Source of the DNA: Tubulanus polymorphus
Taxonomy: Eukaryota > Animalia > Nemertea
Length of the DNA: 64,000 nt
Assembly (NCBI RefSeq): GCF_964204645.1
Contig: NC_134030.1
Coordinates: 11,987,947 to 12,051,946 of the forward strand
Direction: 5' to 3'
The notes beneath the pieces were generated by a model that made no database searches, was not told the origin of the DNA, and saw only the letters and a list, made by a program, of their open reading frames with translations. The position numbers were made by a program, and so were the translations under genes. Positions 61,301 through 64,000 of the stretch are shown piece after piece (the first letter of the stretch is position 1; each line of letters opens with the position of its first letter).

Positions 61301-62680
61301 CTAGCTACCCCTAACTGCTTTGCCTTCCAATTATCTAGTGTGTTTCTCCCTGGATCGTAAGATGACGATTGATATCTCGGGGGAGTTGGTATCCATGCAG
61401 TTAAACTTTGTGAAGTGTCAATGGCGAAATGAAGTGCTAGTATCGTCAGTACAGTTAAACGCTACTAAATATCGTTCTTCCGTTCGTGTTATGTACGAGA
61501 GCCTATGCACTGATATTGCCAAGTACATGTATTGTATTCCCTGCTTGAGGCCGTCACTTTGTTTGGTGATCCGAAGTAAATTTCCAATACTATTTAACGT
61601 TGGTTTACAACCATCGTTACTCATGAATGCCGCACAGATATACCTATACTAAATTGCTACACGTTCCTTCTACTAAAAGCGACACATATTGAGCATCATT
61701 TTTATCAGTAAAAGATGGACAATCGATATTTCATATTCGTTTTCATTAATTCTTATTTTTGGAGTTTACATATTCCATTTATTTTGTAACATATGCTGAC
61801 AGCATTGTTTTGATGAGCAGACATCAAGTCTGAACAAGTATTGTTTAAATCTCAGAATAGCTACTGAGCCGGAACAGCTAATTATCACAAATTCACTAAT
61901 TACTGACATTGGTTTGAACCTAGTAACAGGCAATCTCGGTGTCGAAAACAATGCCTGACCAATCAAAAAAGTACATCGGTTACCTAGTCCAAGGAGGCGG
62001 AGTCAAAACCATCGACGTCCAGTACCGGCCATACTAGGACACTCTAGTTTTGGACTCCGACGAATTAAAACAATAATCAAATATACGATATATATATTTG
62101 TCTATCTTCTTGGATATTACAGGTTTCTCGTGTTGTTCGCTCTCACCACGCTAGTTACCCCAGAAATAGATATCACACAGTTTTGTGATGTTATACAGCT
62201 TTGCGGTTATCCAAGTCAAAAATTGCTAGCGATTATTGCAGGTGTTGAGCGAAGATCGTCCAATGCAGGAACGGCACGATATTCAGCCGCACAATATAAA
62301 TCGGTGCTGGCTATCCTCAGTATGCGTGTCACATGACCACAAGATGGGAGCTTACAATTTATCATGTTGAGATTAAAAAGTGTTCTCCTCATTTGAATTA
62401 GGATACATAGATAAAAAACGATAAGTTGCATAGCGTTTGAGCCGGAAACGGAGGGAGCGATGTGTGTAGACCAGAAAATAAAGACACGTTAAGAAGAGAA
62501 AATTTTAATCCGGCCAATTTATCACTGTTTTTTTTTCTAAGCATCCCGACATTATAGTGCCGACATCGACGTCTAACTAAGTGAACCCGTTCCTAGTATT
62601 TCGAATGTTTAGCATTCATATCATCTTAAATCCGTACGTGCAATATCAATATTTAAAAGAAACATTAGAAAGTTTATAGC

Positions 62681-63265
62681 CAGGGGCGGATCCAGGATTC
62701 TAGGAAAGGGGGGCGCCCATCTCAATTTTTCTTCTACCTGCCGAAGCGCGAAGCGTGCTCGGCTTCGTTAAAAGCGTTTTTTTCGCCCGAGGGCCGAAAA
62801 AACACGCAGGAACGAACAGGGAGAGCGCGCGAGGGAGATGAAATTTTCGAAATTCCTGCTTCTCAGACTCAGACTTCAAAGACAATCTAAAGGCTCAAAA
62901 TTCAAATAGTGTGTCTGAATTTAAACTGATCGTTTTCTCTTTTAAATCGTTGATATCAGTAATAAACTCTTTAATTACAAGTTCTGCGTGTGTTATATGG
63001 TCGTCCGCGCCCGAGGCATGAAACGTGGCCGCGGCATGTCCGGTACCAGGTATAACAAAAGTTTAAACAGGTGAATAACCCACTATCAGGAGGCGCCGCG
63101 TTGGCCTAATCACAAATGTGATTGCTGCTCTTGTCTATATACAATGCCGATGCCTTTGTGAGGTAAAATAACGTACGTATTATGATAATTGCGATGAAAA
63201 AATTTTCGAAAAAGGGGGCGCGCGCCGGCGGTGTTCCCCCCCCCCCCCCCATGGATCCGTCACTG
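62681..63265. mobile_element. hAT-like MITE with 5-bp TSD ATAGC
   Basis: CAGGGGCGGATCCA...TGGATCCGTCACTG termini; ATAGC at 62676-62680 and 63266-63270. Confidence 0.75.
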
Positions 63266-64000
63266 ATAGCTGCCTATCAATTTACCGAACATTCACTGTT
63301 ATTCAACATATTATTTTTGTATTGAATAATGTACTTCAATAGATTATTTCTCTTTGATAAAAAAGCGTCCTGATATAAATAGATAGATAATGTGTTCCTG
63401 ATATTTTTATTATTTCTCGTTGAGTTCTTCTCTTTTGTAACATTCGAGGGTGACACATAAACACAGACACCAGCTTTCTTTGTACTATCCTCGCTTGCTT
63501 GTTCTGACATTTCATATTTCTTTTATTGCCGAATGTTGTTACACAAACGTACATGTAATATATCAATATGTATGAATATATGATGTAAAAACAATTGTAT
63601 TAAGATGAAGTTAGATACTAGTATTGCAACTGAAAGTAGTGAAGTTCGTGTAGAATGGGTGAAATGTAGTTATCACACATATAGATGAAAATTCGTTTTC
63701 AAGCACTTTGTAGGCGACTATATAGTCAAGACTGAACGCAATTGCCACCACTATATTGTTTTCTCATGATTAATGAGCTAGGAGCAAAAATCTCATTTCA
63801 ATCGGGTACCGGTCCTCGACCCAGTACCGCGCACAGTGGCGGATCAAGCCTTCTGCTGCTACCGCTTGAGCGGTATTCACGTTTGTAGAGGTGTCCTTCT
63901 ATTTTTCAAGTTCTGGTAGAAGTTATTTAAATGGTCATTTTTGAATAATCGAAAGTGATCAACTGATTAATGTGATTTTATTTAACAGGTCAAAATGCCT

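Noticed and set aside
55800-62600. Short ORFs and possible host exons
   Set aside because: No recognisable motifs or consistent exon chain.

Overview
Eukaryotic window, inferred to be from a metazoan and probably a marine invertebrate, made almost entirely of nested mobile DNA; no host gene is recognisable. (1) Three partial, very AT-rich Polinton/Maverick (adintovirus-like) copies: A at 1-~11480, B at ~11480-15622 (inverted relative to A) and C at 30098-35999. Together they encode protein-primed PolB, minor and major capsid proteins, an A32-like packaging ATPase and an rve integrase. Almost every gene starts inside a poxvirus-late-promoter-like TAAATG. (2) A LINE split into a 3' part (~15990-19384) and a 5' part (36000-37100), carrying a solo LTR. 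(3) A Ty3/Gypsy element with gag, pol-chromodomain and an intact F-type env that has an unusual C-terminal extension (19385-30097). (4) 31-bp and ~155-bp satellite arrays. (5) A deleted Gypsy element with near-identical LTRs (40884-52475). It contains the most striking object in the window: a ~4.85-kb TIR-bounded element (43373-48225) in which a spliced Merlin/IS1595-family transposase gene lies antisense inside intron 3 of an intact 4-exon, 530-aa DUF3987-like P-loop ATPase/winged-helix gene. A foldback element next to it shares the same 50-bp minisatellite. (6) A small LTR element with TT...AA ends and one orphan ORF, plus MITEs. Family assignments come from recognising motifs by eye; no database search was run.
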